A stretch of 46,494 nt of DNA from Cyanobacteriota bacterium (GTDB lineage Bacteria; Cyanobacteriota; Cyanobacteriia; Cyanobacteriales; Nostocaceae): positions 1 to 46,494 of the forward strand of contig JBJOKS010000033.1 in assembly GCA_046045965.1 (NCBI GenBank). The letters are read 5' to 3'. The notes below the pieces were generated by a model. It did not search any database. It was not told the origin of the DNA and was given only the letters and a program-made list of their open reading frames with translations. The position numbers and the translations under genes are program-made. Position 1 is the stretch's first letter, and every line of letters starts with the position of its first letter. Shown piece after piece: positions 32,174 to 42,451 of the stretch.

Positions 32174-33376
32174 ATGGAGAATTCTCTACTAATGGAAGCG
32201 AATAAACTCGTTAAAGAATTCAATACTTGTGGACAATTTAAATACACTGGACAGTTAAGTATTAAGAATACTCAAGGTAAAACTTGGAGATTGTATTATC
32301 AACTTGGACAGATAGTTTGGGCAACTGGTGGAACACATCCCTATCGTCGTTGGCTGAGAAATATAAATCAACATTGTCCCCAAATAGATATTAATAATGT
32401 CAAGCATTATGCTGAAGATACATTAATAGACTATTGGGATTATCTGTTATTAGAGAATTTACTTGCTACTCAGAAAATTGCCAAGGAACAAATTAATAAT
32501 ATTGTAGAAAGTACAATCAATGAGGTATTATTTGATCTAGCTCAACAGACGAATTCATCATCTTGGATTTTTGAACGGAATCAAGAAATGATCTTGAAAT
32601 CCCATCTCATTTCCACAAATGGGAATATGTATCTCAAACAAATGCAAGAATGTTGGTACAAGTGGTTAGAAGCAGGATTTGCCGATATTTCTCCTTATTT
32701 TGCCCCAGTTTTGCGGAAACCAGAGCAACTCAAGCAGTTGGTAAGTCCATTAGTACACAAAAACTTTGAGAGATTAATTAATGGCAAATATACCCTCTGG
32801 GATTTAGCAGTGAAAATGAAGCAGAGTATTTTATCTATCACTCGTTCATTGCTTCCTTATATCCAGCAAGGAATTGTGAATTTAATAGAAGTACCTGATG
32901 TGTCATTAGCATTACTGACAAATAAAGTGAGTAAAAGCCACCAGGTTACAGAAGGAAAGAGGACAAAACCTCCGCTTATAGCCTGTGTGGATGATAGCCC
33001 TCAAGTAAGTAAAATGCTAGAGCGAATTATTGCTTACCATGGGATGAGATTTATTGGTATTCAACATCCTTTACAAGCTTTACCACTTCTGATTGAAAAT
33101 AAACCAGACTTGATTTTTCTGGATTTGATGATGCCAGTTGTAAATGGTTATGAGGTCTGTAATCAATTACGACGCATTTCTTCTTTTGCCAAGACACCAG
33201 TAGTGATATTAACTTCTAGTGATGGTGTTTTTGATCGGGTACGTTCCAAGGTATTCGGTGCAACAGAATTTATCACCAAACCTGTAGAAACTGATAAGGT
33301 GATCGAGGTTGTGGATAAATATTTACAGCCTGGATTGACAGTTGACAATCTATCTAATTTGGCATTTTCTTGTTAA
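32174..33376 (+). CDS. PatA-family response regulator (PATAN/DUF4388 plus REC)
   Basis: N-terminal TGQL.I..W.LYY.LGQIVWA; C-terminal receiver motifs VDDS, LIFLDLMMP, ILTS, KP. Confidence 0.88.
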   Translation: MENSLLMEANKLVKEFNTCGQFKYTGQLSIKNTQGKTWRLYYQLGQIVWATGGTHPYRRWLRNINQHCPQIDINNVKHYAEDTLIDYWDYLLLENLLATQKIAKEQINNIVESTINEVLFDLAQQTNSSSWIFERNQEMILKSHLISTNGNMYLKQMQECWYKWLEAGFADISPYFAPVLRKPEQLKQLVSPLVHKNFERLINGKYTLWDLAVKMKQSILSITRSLLPYIQQGIVNLIEVPDVSLALLTNKVSKSHQVTEGKRTKPPLIACVDDSPQVSKMLERIIAYHGMRFIGIQHPLQALPLLIENKPDLIFLDLMMPVVNGYEVCNQLRRISSFAKTPVVILTSSDGVFDRVRSKVFGATEFITKPVETDKVIEVVDKYLQPGLTVDNLSNLAFSC

Positions 33377-33429
33377 ATATTGTCTGGATTCTTGGGATTT
33401 TTTGGATTCTCTACATTGTCAGGAAGAAA

Positions 33430-34203
33430 TTACTCAAAGTTAATTGGTAAACCATCCTGAAATACTAATATTTCCCCTGCTTGGATTTGTGTCCAAACTT
33501 CATTATCTGTAAGGGGAGTGGTAGCAATAACAGCAACGCGATCGCTGGGTGTAGTTAATTCACTAAAATCTACAGTCATCTCTTCATCAATCAGGTGTGC
33601 AGCTGCAAAGGGTGCTTGTCGGATAATGTAACAGAGTTTAGTGGAGCAATGGGTAAAGAAATGTTCTCCATCGGATAGCAAATAGTTAAAAATACCTATT
33701 GATGCTAATTCCGCCGTGATTTTACTCAAGACGGGGTAAAGTAAGTGTAAAGGCGGTTTACCTTCAGGAAAGTTATTTCGCAGGGTGTTGAGAATCAAAC
33801 AAAAGGCTTTTTCGCTATCTGTGTCACCCACAGGTTGAAAAACGCCATGATTTTCAGGATGGAAGTCTGGTAAATTACCATTATGGGCAAATACCCAATA
33901 CCTACCCCAAAGTTCGCGACGGAAAGGATGACAGTTTTCTAGGGCAATTTTACCTTGGGTAGCTTTGCGGATATGAGCAATGACATGGGTAGAATGGATG
34001 GGATAGCGTCGAACTAACTCTGCTAGAGGAGATGCTATCGAGGGTTTGGCATCTAAAAAAAGCCGACATCCTTTACCTTCAAAAAAAGCAATACCCCAAC
34101 CATCCCTATGTTCGTCGGTTTTTCCTCCCCTGGCTGAAAACCCTTCAAAGGAAAAGCAAATATCCGTGGGTACATTGCAGTTCATTCCTAGCAGTTGACA
34201 CAT
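33430..34203 (-). CDS. Class II glutamine amidotransferase (YafJ-like)
   Basis: N-terminal MCQLLG, DGWG, AHIRKAT, NCHPF, HNG and TDSE motifs. Confidence 0.94.
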   Translation of the reverse strand: MCQLLGMNCNVPTDICFSFEGFSARGGKTDEHRDGWGIAFFEGKGCRLFLDAKPSIASPLAELVRRYPIHSTHVIAHIRKATQGKIALENCHPFRRELWGRYWVFAHNGNLPDFHPENHGVFQPVGDTDSEKAFCLILNTLRNNFPEGKPPLHLLYPVLSKITAELASIGIFNYLLSDGEHFFTHCSTKLCYIIRQAPFAAAHLIDEEMTVDFSELTTPSDRVAVIATTPLTDNEVWTQIQAGEILVFQDGLPINFE

Positions 34204-34415
34204 CAGCCTGAGTTTTCAATAGATGTTTCTCCATCAAGATACTTCAGAATAGCTGATTTGTGTTGATGCGATGATCACTGCAATCTGAAAATTTAGCTTT
34301 GTAATCTAATTTTAATGAGTTGATCAGGAATTTCTCAGAGCGATCGCTGATGATATGTAAATCTTCATCTGGAGTTACTTGGCTAGGGATGAGAAAAATA
34401 GCAAATAATAGATAT

Positions 34416-34910
34416 ATGGATAAACGCCATTTTTTACAGATAAGTGCCGTATTAGTTGGCACAGCCTTTTTTTCACGTTATATCAATGGGAGTTCAGAAA
34501 CTATGGCAGCTGCGGATACTAAATTTGAAGTTACCAAACCAGAAGAAGAATGGAAGACTATTTTAACACCAGAACAGTTTCAGGTGTTGCGGAAACATGG
34601 CACAGAACGCGCTCACACTAGCCCCCTGGATAAAATTTATGACCCAGGTACGTATGTATGTGCTGGGTGTGGACAGCCTTTGTTTACTTCAGAAACCAAG
34701 TTTAACAGTGGTACTGGCTGGCCTAGCTTTTTTAAACCTATTGATGGAGCGATCGCTACTACTGTAGATCGATCTTTTTTCATGACCAGAACTGAAGTTC
34801 ATTGTAGCCGCTGCGGTGGACATTTAGGCCATGTCTTTAATGATGGACCTAAACCCACAGGCTTGCGTTACTGCATGAACGGTGTTTCATTGCAGTTTGA
34901 ACCAGCTTAG
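34416..34910 (+). CDS. msrB: Peptide-methionine (R)-S-oxide reductase with signal-like leader
   Basis: GTE, CxxC pairs, [23 protein letters not shown] and RYCMN motifs; ATG at 34416 inferred. Confidence 0.96.
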   Translation: MDKRHFLQISAVLVGTAFFSRYINGSSETMAAADTKFEVTKPEEEWKTILTPEQFQVLRKHGTERAHTSPLDKIYDPGTYVCAGCGQPLFTSETKFNSGTGWPSFFKPIDGAIATTVDRSFFMTRTEVHCSRCGGHLGHVFNDGPKPTGLRYCMNGVSLQFEPA

Positions 34911-34984
34911 ATTCAGTTATCAGTTATCAGTTATCAGTTGAGGAAGTTCAAAATTAGAAAATATCTCAACATTTCCTGATTTCT

Positions 34985-35128
34985 TCTTGTGGTGCGGGCA
35001 TCTTGCCCGCTAATCATAAATAATAGAGCTAATCATAAATAATAGAGCTAATCATAAATAATAGAGCTAATCATAAATAATAGAGCTAATCATAAATAAA
35101 GGACAGGCAGGATGCCTATCCCACAAGA
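34985..35128. repeat. REP-pair (BIME-like) element enclosing a 19-bp tandem repeat x4.8
   Basis: TCTTGTGG.GCGGGCATCTTGCCC...GGCAGGATGCCTATCCCACAAGA; GCTAATCATAAATAATAGA repeated at 35009-35099. Confidence 0.85.
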
Positions 35129-35188
35129 TAGGATAATTTATCCCATTACCAATTACCAATTACCAATTACCCATTACCAATTACCAAA

Positions 35189-35560
35189 CTATAACCAATC
35201 TCGATAAGCAGAGATTTCATTTACGCCAATTTCAAAGGGCATTCCTTTACCAAAAGGCGGATAAACTCGAATTCTTGCATTTGTGGTAAATCGTTCTAAC
35301 CTATTACCTAATTGGGGAATATTGCTGACTATATGCCAGTAAGATACTATATCTGGAGCGTCAATAATCAATAACAGGGTAGTAGCATTTTTGGTGATGT
35401 ACCAATGACAGTTAGATAGCAAGACTTGGGTAATGCGATCGCAAGCGTAATAAAAGCATCTGCCAATAGACTGCTCTAATTCCATTTGTAGCATTCCGTC
35501 CTGTTTTGTTACCTCAACTGGAGGTAAATCATCAGGAGGAAGCAACGGAAGTTTAGACAT
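35189..35560 (-). CDS. Conserved hypothetical protein
   Basis: MSKLPLLPPDDLPP start overlaps the LLM stop codon by 8 bp; contains HIP1. Confidence 0.8.
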   Translation of the reverse strand: MSKLPLLPPDDLPPVEVTKQDGMLQMELEQSIGRCFYYACDRITQVLLSNCHWYITKNATTLLLIIDAPDIVSYWHIVSNIPQLGNRLERFTTNARIRVYPPFGKGMPFEIGVNEISAYRDWL

Positions 35561-36554
35561 AATTTCGCACCTCTTGATTGTAACGCTGCAAACTCTCAAT
35601 ATTTTTTTGCAGAGATAAAGATGAGGGTTTGAGTGCTATTGTGCCGAGATTTAATTCGTCCTGGAATTTCTTGATTTTGTCGCGACAGGTTTGGACATCC
35701 CCAATAATCGAATTCTCAATCAAATAATCTTCTTCATAACAGATATTTGTTTGATCATAAGATTTCTGGGGATGAGGACTATTCTGCATTACTTGAGTAG
35801 AATTAGCTGTCATTTTCTGGCTAAATTTACGAATGAAAGGTAAGGCTTCACTCACCGCTTCATCATCAGTTTTAGCCACAAAAAAGAACCGCGCCAATAA
35901 GAATTTATCTGCACCACTGTTATTTATTTCCCGATATTTGCTGACAGTATTTTTCAATCTCAAAAGAGAAAAAGGTGGACCCCCCATCAACCCAAAAGAA
36001 TTGTCAGCAGCATATCGAATTACATCATCATCACCACTGGCAATATAGACAGGAATTGGTTTTTGTAGTGGGTGAGGATAAACTGTTAAATTGTCGCCTT
36101 GATAGAATTGCCCATTAAATGATACGTTGGTTTCATATAATAGCTTTTGAATCAATGCGATCGCTTCCAACATCCTCACACAAGATTCTTGCATTGAAAC
36201 GCCAAAATGTTTATTTTGTTCAGGAAACGGACCCCCTTTCGCTATCCCAAACATTAATCTACCACTACAAAGATGATCCAAAGTCGCAATATCTTCCGCT
36301 ACCCGAATTGGGTTGTGAAACGGCAATAATACCGCCCCCGTTCCTAAGCGAATAGTGGAAGTAACACCCGCCAAATGTGCCATTAATAATAACATTGACG
36401 GGCTAAGATTGGATTCACTAAAATGATGCTCACTTACCCAAGCTTCTTCAAAACCTAAGTTGTCTGCTTGTTTCACAAGTAAAACCTGTTCAAAGATAGC
36501 GCGACGAGCATCTTGGTGATGATTTTCGTAATTGCAGAAAAGTCCTGTTTTCAT
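35553..36554 (-). CDS. LLM-class (luciferase-like) flavin-dependent monooxygenase
   Basis: WVSEHHF, IRLGTG..LLPFHNPIRVAEDIATLD.L..GR and SIIGD motifs. Confidence 0.93.
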   Translation of the reverse strand: MKTGLFCNYENHHQDARRAIFEQVLLVKQADNLGFEEAWVSEHHFSESNLSPSMLLLMAHLAGVTSTIRLGTGAVLLPFHNPIRVAEDIATLDHLCSGRLMFGIAKGGPFPEQNKHFGVSMQESCVRMLEAIALIQKLLYETNVSFNGQFYQGDNLTVYPHPLQKPIPVYIASGDDDVIRYAADNSFGLMGGPPFSLLRLKNTVSKYREINNSGADKFLLARFFFVAKTDDEAVSEALPFIRKFSQKMTANSTQVMQNSPHPQKSYDQTNICYEEDYLIENSIIGDVQTCRDKIKKFQDELNLGTIALKPSSLSLQKNIESLQRYNQEVRNYV

Positions 36555-36579
36555 TTTTGGCTATTTTTTAGGCTACCAT

Positions 36580-36957
36580 TTAGGCTGCCACTAAATGCAA
36601 CTCCAACCATAAGCGTGGTTCAGACTGCCTGAGTTTAGAACAGGGGTCACGTAAAAGTCGTTTGGCATTCAAACAAACTACCTGAATGAGTCCCATATTT
36701 TCTGCTACTTCCCTCAATATTGCCTTTTGCGCTTTCACTAATGGCATTATTTCGTCAGAACAATAAATGCCTATATATTGAAAACGTTTGGCAGGTCGTC
36801 CCCAAAAGGAGGTAATAACTTTCACATGGCACTTTGCCAATATTTCCCCAGTTTTAGGATAATAATGGGTGACAATCCTTGTGAATTCTTGAGCTAGGAT
36901 ATCTTCAGCAATCATTTGACTGATATTTCTGTAGCGTCCATAACTACTATTTAGCAT
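36580..36957 (-). CDS. Conserved hypothetical protein
   Basis: 125-aa ORF 25 bp upstream of the LLM gene on the same strand. Confidence 0.75.
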   Translation of the reverse strand: MLNSSYGRYRNISQMIAEDILAQEFTRIVTHYYPKTGEILAKCHVKVITSFWGRPAKRFQYIGIYCSDEIMPLVKAQKAILREVAENMGLIQVVCLNAKRLLRDPCSKLRQSEPRLWLELHLVAA

Positions 36958-37321
36958 AACATAATTTTGTCATTTAAACCTGACAAATCGCCAATTTAAG
37001 TTAAATAAATTATTAAGTTTTTAGGAGTCAGAACAATTTTAGATTTTAGATTTTAGATTTCTTAATTTCCTGTTCCCTGTTCCCTATTCCCTGTTCCCTT
37101 ACTTACGAATTAGAAAAGAGGTGTACTCTGATGAAGTATCACCTCTAAATAATGACCATGTATAATGAATTCAAAATCTTTGAAATAGCACAAATAAATT
37201 TTGAACTTTACCTATCGCGTAAGTATTCAGCTATCAGCAGTCAGCCTTTTAAAGTTTACGCCAAAAAACCTATTTGATAATCCATTTATTTATCAAACAT
37301 TCTGACTCCTGAATTCTTACC

Positions 37322-37633
37322 TTATCGGGAATTGCGTTCAGCGACTAAAACATCAGCAATGATATCTGGTAGATTTTTTAAATCCAGATATCCTTCAGAA
37401 CCAGAGATAGGGGATATAAATGTATAGTTAGGGTCACAGGCTCCTGTATCATAAACTTGAATAAACCACTTATCAGGAAAACCTTCAACACCCAACTCTA
37501 CAATATACCAATACTCACCCATTAACCGAGAGTTAAAAATGGTGAACCAATCTCTATAATTTTCCGAGATGTTCCAGTCTGCTAAAAGAAACTCTAAAGC
37601 TATTTTCCCAGCATCAGTTGAAGTCAATAGCAT
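37322..37633 (-). CDS. Hypothetical protein
   Basis: 103-aa aromatic/acidic ORF, 2 bp downstream of the upstream gene. Confidence 0.75.
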   Translation of the reverse strand: MLLTSTDAGKIALEFLLADWNISENYRDWFTIFNSRLMGEYWYIVELGVEGFPDKWFIQVYDTGACDPNYTFISPISGSEGYLDLKNLPDIIADVLVAERNSR

Positions 37634-37635
37634 TA

Positions 37636-37899
37636 TTACTCCTGAGTTGCAACCTCATTAGAAACTTCAGGATATAACCCCAGTTGTTTAGCTAATTCCT
37701 TAGCTATAAAAAATAAAAACTGAGCGCCATCTTGATTACCTTCATGGGCAAACATAGTGGCAACTTGTAGCATTGTATGTATGAAACCGGAATCAATTAA
37801 TTCTGGTTGAGATTCCAAAACTTCCGGTTCTTGACCATTAGGACATCTGAGCAATTCATCAATCAAATTAAAATACTGAGTTTGGCGTTCTTCTGACAT
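37636..37899 (-). CDS. Hypothetical helical protein
   Basis: 87-aa ORF with LL.CPNGQE..VL...PELID. Confidence 0.75.
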   Translation of the reverse strand: MSEERQTQYFNLIDELLRCPNGQEPEVLESQPELIDSGFIHTMLQVATMFAHEGNQDGAQFLFFIAKELAKQLGLYPEVSNEVATQE

Positions 37900-37943
37900 G
37901 GTAATTTACTTTATGGTGAATAAGAAAACTGAAAATTATTGCT

Positions 37944-38372
37944 TTATTGCTCTATGCTTTGTTGCCAAAGCTTTTCTAACATTTCCACTTGCGCTTTGAA
38001 AACAGCAGCACGATACACAAGATACCTATCGTACCCAATAATTCCCAAGCCGATACAAATAGGTGTAGCTAAAACCAACCATTGCAAAATTGTCGCGATT
38101 TTATATTGTTCGACTAAAATTTGCATCTGAACAAAAAAATTATGTTGAGATAATTTTTGGTTAGCTGGAGACTGAAGAGTATTTATACTCTGTGGCTGAA
38201 GAGATAAAGCGTCAGAACCTTTATTAATCTTGGTGATTTGACAAGATAAATTCTGTGTCATAACTAACTCTATATGTCGTCCCCAAATTAAACTAAAAAC
38301 TATTATTCCCGGAGTTATCACAGCTAAAGTAACCAAAGCAACTGTCAGCACATTTAAAATTTTTAATTTCAT
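37944..38372 (-). CDS. Hypothetical two-TM membrane protein
   Basis: Two hydrophobic helices; GAGG RBS; C-terminal QVEMLEKLWQQ. Confidence 0.75.
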   Translation of the reverse strand: MKLKILNVLTVALVTLAVITPGIIVFSLIWGRHIELVMTQNLSCQITKINKGSDALSLQPQSINTLQSPANQKLSQHNFFVQMQILVEQYKIATILQWLVLATPICIGLGIIGYDRYLVYRAAVFKAQVEMLEKLWQQSIEQ

Positions 38373-39189
38373 CCTCGCTCTCCCTTGCTAGGTTAGAAAT
38401 ACCCAGTAAGAAAATGTATTTTATGGTTTATTGCTGCACCTTCTTATTGCCTTTTCTTAAACAGATATCAAATTTTAGATTTAATTTTGTAATCTTAGAT
38501 TCTCAATTCAAATTTAGTAGATGGCACCTAATATTTTATTTTTTATGTTAATCTAAAACTTTAAATCTAAAATTTTTAGGTTTATGAGTTACAACTGTAT
38601 GTGCAAACTAATCATAAGTTATTACAAGCAATTGAAAATTAAAAATTCAAAACAAATTTCTCCAAATATACTCCATTTAGTAATTAGTAATACGGACAGG
38701 ATTAAACAGCTTGTAAATAGAGATTTCCATTGAATTAGAGTTAAGAAGTCCCCCCTAGTTCTCCAGACTTGCATCTAGGAATTTCGGGGGGTAGAGGGGA
38801 ATCTCTGCGTAAATCCTATATCGTTTATATCAGCCACCTCCACACAACACAGTTTAACTCACCGGAATTGAAATTATTAAAATCATTAAAATAGCACTCA
38901 AAGCCTAGAAGACTTATCTAGTAAGAATTATAAAAAATATTTGGGGTAGAGGTGCTAGTATTTTTGATGGGGGGTACTAGCATTTATCAGGTAGGGTGCG
39001 GGGATTTTTGTACTCATCCTCAAAGCTTTATCGGCAAATACTTGAGGATATTCAAAGATAATTATTAACGGAAAATCTTGTACTCAAATAACAGTATATC
39101 ATGACAAATTGGAACTGAATTAAAAATAAACTAAATAAATCAAAAAAGCAATTAAAATTGATTCAATATATTTTTGGATCTTGATAAAT

Positions 39190-39244
<55 letters not shown>

Positions 39245-39367
39245 TAAATTTATGTTGAAAGAGGTATTTATTGATCTAAATGTTACTCCAACACCAAAAA
39301 ATCACTAAAAATCTAGTATGATGAATAAAGACATAGAATGATTATTGATAATTTTAGGGTTTAATAA

Positions 39368-40309
39368 ATGCGAATTGCTAAAGACGTAACAGAACTTATT
39401 GGCAGAACTCCCTTAGTGCAGCTAAACAAAATTCCTCAATCTGAAGGAGTAGTAGCCAGAATAGTTGTCAAACTAGAAGGTATGAATCCAGCAGCTTCTG
39501 TTAAAGACCGTATTGGTTTAAGTATGGTAATTTCAGCAGAAGCAGAGGGTTTAATTACACCAGGAAAAACTATTTTAGTTGAGCCGACTTCAGGAAATAC
39601 AGGCATAGGTTTAGCAATGGTAGCGGCTGCACGAGGTTACAAATTAATACTCACCATGCCAGAAACCATGAGCCAAGAAAGACGCGCCATGTTGCGGGCT
39701 TATGGTGCTAATTTAAAATTAACACCAGGTGTAGAAGGAATGCGGGGAGCAATTAATCAAGCAGAGGAAATTGTAGCCAATACTCCCAATGCTTTTATGT
39801 TGCAACAATTCCGCAATCCAGCTAACCCGAAAATTCACAGAGAAACCACCGCTGAAGAAATTTGGACAGATACAGATGGGGAAGTTGATATATTAATTGC
39901 TGGGGTAGGTACTGGGGGAACTATTACCGGAATAGCAGAAGTTATTAAACAAAGAAAACCGAATTTTCAAGTTATTGCTGTAGAACCTAGTAACAGTCCT
40001 GTGCTTTCTGGTGGTAAACCTGGTTCTCATAAAATTCAAGGTATTGGTGCGGGTTTTATTCCCGATATTTTGCGTCAAGATTTAATTGATGAAGTAGTTC
40101 AAGTTGATGATGAAGACGCAATGAACTATGGACGTAGATTAGCAACAGAAGAAGGTTTATTATCAGGTATATCTTCTGGTGCGGCTTTATGTGCAGCTAT
40201 CGACGTTGGTAAACGTCCAGAAAATGCTGGTAAACTAATTGTGATGATTCAGCCTTCTTTTGGGGAACGTTATTTGAGTACAGCGATGTTTAAAGAATTG
40301 CTGAGTTAA
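39368..40309 (+). CDS. cysK: Cysteine synthase A
   Basis: [35 protein letters not shown] and SFGERYLST motifs. Confidence 0.98.
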   Translation: MRIAKDVTELIGRTPLVQLNKIPQSEGVVARIVVKLEGMNPAASVKDRIGLSMVISAEAEGLITPGKTILVEPTSGNTGIGLAMVAAARGYKLILTMPETMSQERRAMLRAYGANLKLTPGVEGMRGAINQAEEIVANTPNAFMLQQFRNPANPKIHRETTAEEIWTDTDGEVDILIAGVGTGGTITGIAEVIKQRKPNFQVIAVEPSNSPVLSGGKPGSHKIQGIGAGFIPDILRQDLIDEVVQVDDEDAMNYGRRLATEEGLLSGISSGAALCAAIDVGKRPENAGKLIVMIQPSFGERYLSTAMFKELLS

Positions 40310-40513
40310 TTTACTACCGAGTTAAATATAGTTAAATATTCTGTAGGTTGGGTTGACGCAAGGAAACCCAATAAATCTATGTTTCTCAGAATCAGGATTT
40401 ACAGGATTTCCGATTTAAGTTAAGTTGATGATGGTTGATGCAATGAAATTGATCATCAATCCTGTTTATCCTCTATTAATTTATCATCCTTTGTGGTAAT
40501 TTACATTAAACCT

Positions 40514-40921
40514 ATGAATACAACATTGAAACAATTTTTGGAAGCTTGCGAAAATTTAGGAACTTTGCGTTTAATAGTTACTAGCAGCGCGGCTGTATTA
40601 GAAGCACGAGGAAAAATAGAAAAGCTATTTTACGCAGAACTTCCAAAAGGTAAATATGCAAATATGCACACGGAAGGATTTGAATTTCACCTGAATATGG
40701 ATAAAATTACCAAGGTAAAATTTGAAACAGGTGAAGCAAAAAGAGGCAATTTTACAACCTATGCTATCCGGTTTTTAGATGAAAAAGAAGAACCTGCATT
40801 AAGCCTATTTTTACAATGGGGTAAACCCGGTGAATATGAACCAGGACAAGTAGAAAATTGGCTGGCTTTACGCGAAAAATACAGTGAAGTTTGGCAACCT
40901 TTACCGCTGGAAAGTTTGTAA
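40514..40921 (+). CDS. ChuX/HutX-like heme-utilization carrier family protein
   Basis: LG.LRLIV...AVLE, YANM...FEFHL and YAIRFLD...ALSLFL motifs; ATG at 40514 inferred. Confidence 0.75.
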   Translation: MNTTLKQFLEACENLGTLRLIVTSSAAVLEARGKIEKLFYAELPKGKYANMHTEGFEFHLNMDKITKVKFETGEAKRGNFTTYAIRFLDEKEEPALSLFLQWGKPGEYEPGQVENWLALREKYSEVWQPLPLESL

Positions 40922-41003
40922 TTTTAAATATTAAATTTCCCCGAATTATGAATATTCGGGGATTTTAATTTTAGTTATTAATTCATGCTTTTTCTCGTTT
41001 ATT

Positions 41004-41801
41004 ATGTTAATGAAAATCATTTTTAGTTTCTGTTTAATCTTCCTCCTATGTCTGTTCACCAATGGAGAAGTAAAAGCTGGTGAATTATCAGCAAGATTAG
41101 CCAATTTTCCGCAATGGGAAAAATTAACATCCGTCAAACCAGCAGAGGGAGATTTAGTTTACCCTAACTGGATGGCTGGAACATGGAAAGTTACCAGTAC
41201 ATTAGTAGATTTAGCCGCACCTTTAGCACCAGATATTATCACACCAGGATTTGAAGGAAACCGCAGTCAATTAAATCAGCCGGTGAGTTTTTTAGTGAGA
41301 TTTATTAAAATTAAACCGCAAATTTCTGGTTTAAAAATTCTCCCCAAAATAGATAAACAAGCACAAATTTTAGTAGCAGATAGAGTATTTAACAGCTTGA
41401 ATTTATCCAGAGCATATTTAGGAGATGAAGCTGTATTAGCAGTTAAGCCAGATCCAGAATCACCTAATCGTCAAATTACATTCTTTAAAGGTGAACGTCA
41501 ATTAATTTCCGTCGTCACCGCACGCGCTACAGAAACAGCACTTAACAAGTTTATCACTACAGAAGTTTTTCAACAATATTTTAAAGGTGGTTCTCGTGCC
41601 TATTTTAATAATGTAGAATCTACAACAGCTTATCATCTACTTTCTACATCAAACCCGAAAATTGAAGCAGATCAAGTTACTGCTGTTTACCTTTCACCCC
41701 AAGATCCTGATTATTTCACCGCAGGTTCTCGTCCAGTCGCGCTTTATCGTTATCGTTTAGAATTTTCTCCTTCAGCACAACTAAATACTTCTCAAGAATG
41801 A
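41004..41801 (+). CDS. Conserved secreted hypothetical protein (DUF6816-like)
   Basis: Signal peptide; DLVYP.WMAG.W.VTSTL, ADR.FN and YLSPQDPDYF motifs. Confidence 0.7.
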   Translation: MLMKIIFSFCLIFLLCLFTNGEVKAGELSARLANFPQWEKLTSVKPAEGDLVYPNWMAGTWKVTSTLVDLAAPLAPDIITPGFEGNRSQLNQPVSFLVRFIKIKPQISGLKILPKIDKQAQILVADRVFNSLNLSRAYLGDEAVLAVKPDPESPNRQITFFKGERQLISVVTARATETALNKFITTEVFQQYFKGGSRAYFNNVESTTAYHLLSTSNPKIEADQVTAVYLSPQDPDYFTAGSRPVALYRYRLEFSPSAQLNTSQE

Positions 41802-41981
41802 TTTTATGGTTTTACTATTGACGAATCCGAAGTCGGTAGCCATGCTCAATTATTGGGTCAAGAAGGCATTTACCACCGCTGACACTCCCTGCAAGAAACA
41901 GGCGAACTCATTGGGTGAACCATCTGAACCCCTTTTTATGCAAGCTATCCAAGGTTTTAAAAAAAATCTTTTGACAACCCC

Positions 41982-42010
41982 TTGCCAAACCTAGAAACTG
42001 CTGCTACTAT
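41982..42010 (+). promoter_or_regulatory. Sigma70-type promoter of the tRNA-Tyr/Thr operon
   Basis: TTGCCA-N17-TACTAT. Confidence 0.75.
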
Positions 42011-42030
42011 AGTAAAACGTGGGACGCAGC

Positions 42031-42116
42031 GGGTCGGTGTCCGAGTGGTTAATGGAGACGGACTGTAAATCCGTTGGTTTACGCCTACGCTGGTTCAAAT
42101 CCAGCCCGGCCCACCA
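42031..42116 (+). tRNA. tRNA-Tyr(GTA) with encoded CCA
   Basis: Acceptor stem GGGTCGG/CCGGCCC, anticodon arm ACGGA-CTGTAAA-TCCGT, long variable arm. Confidence 0.97.
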
Positions 42117-42203
42117 CTTCTAGAGATATGACTTACAATAGCTGAGTGTCGAGAAAACTTCTCAGCTTTGTAATTCATAACTTATAAGCGAAATCCAAAT
42201 TTT

Positions 42204-42275
42204 GCCCGTGTGGCTCAGTGGTAGAGCACACCCTTGGTAAGGGTGAGGTCACGAGTTCAATCCTCGTCACGGGCT
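42204..42275 (+). tRNA. tRNA-Thr(GGT)
   Basis: Acceptor stem GCCCGTG/CACGGGC, anticodon arm CACCC-TTGGTAA-GGGTG. Confidence 0.97.
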
Positions 42276-42316
42276 TTTTATTCAAACCCTTACTGTATCT
42301 GGTCTTTAAGGTTAAG

Positions 42317-42451
42317 TTGGTGGAAAGCAATAAACTCTCTTAAACTACTTTCTACCAATTTTCTACCAAAAGTAAATACTACTTAATGAAATAATTTGTA
42401 TTTAGTAAGTTTGTATTAGTTAGAAAATATAATCTACCAGTTTTCTACCAA
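42317..42451. repeat. Clustered TTTCTACCAA repeats (putative integrase arm-binding sites)
   Basis: Direct pairs at 42349/42360 and 42431/42442; inverted copy TTGGTGGAAA at 42317. Confidence 0.7.

Noticed and set aside
32174..33376. Calling this gene the heterocyst patterning gene patA
   Set aside because: Domain layout fits the family, but orthology cannot be shown by eye and no DIF1 (TCCGGA) motif was seen upstream.
35009..35099. Mini-CRISPR or iteron array
   Set aside because: Head-to-tail 19-mers without spacers, inside a REP pair, with no rep gene nearby.
41806..41994. 62-aa ORF
   Set aside because: Overlaps the tRNA promoter and has no motif support.
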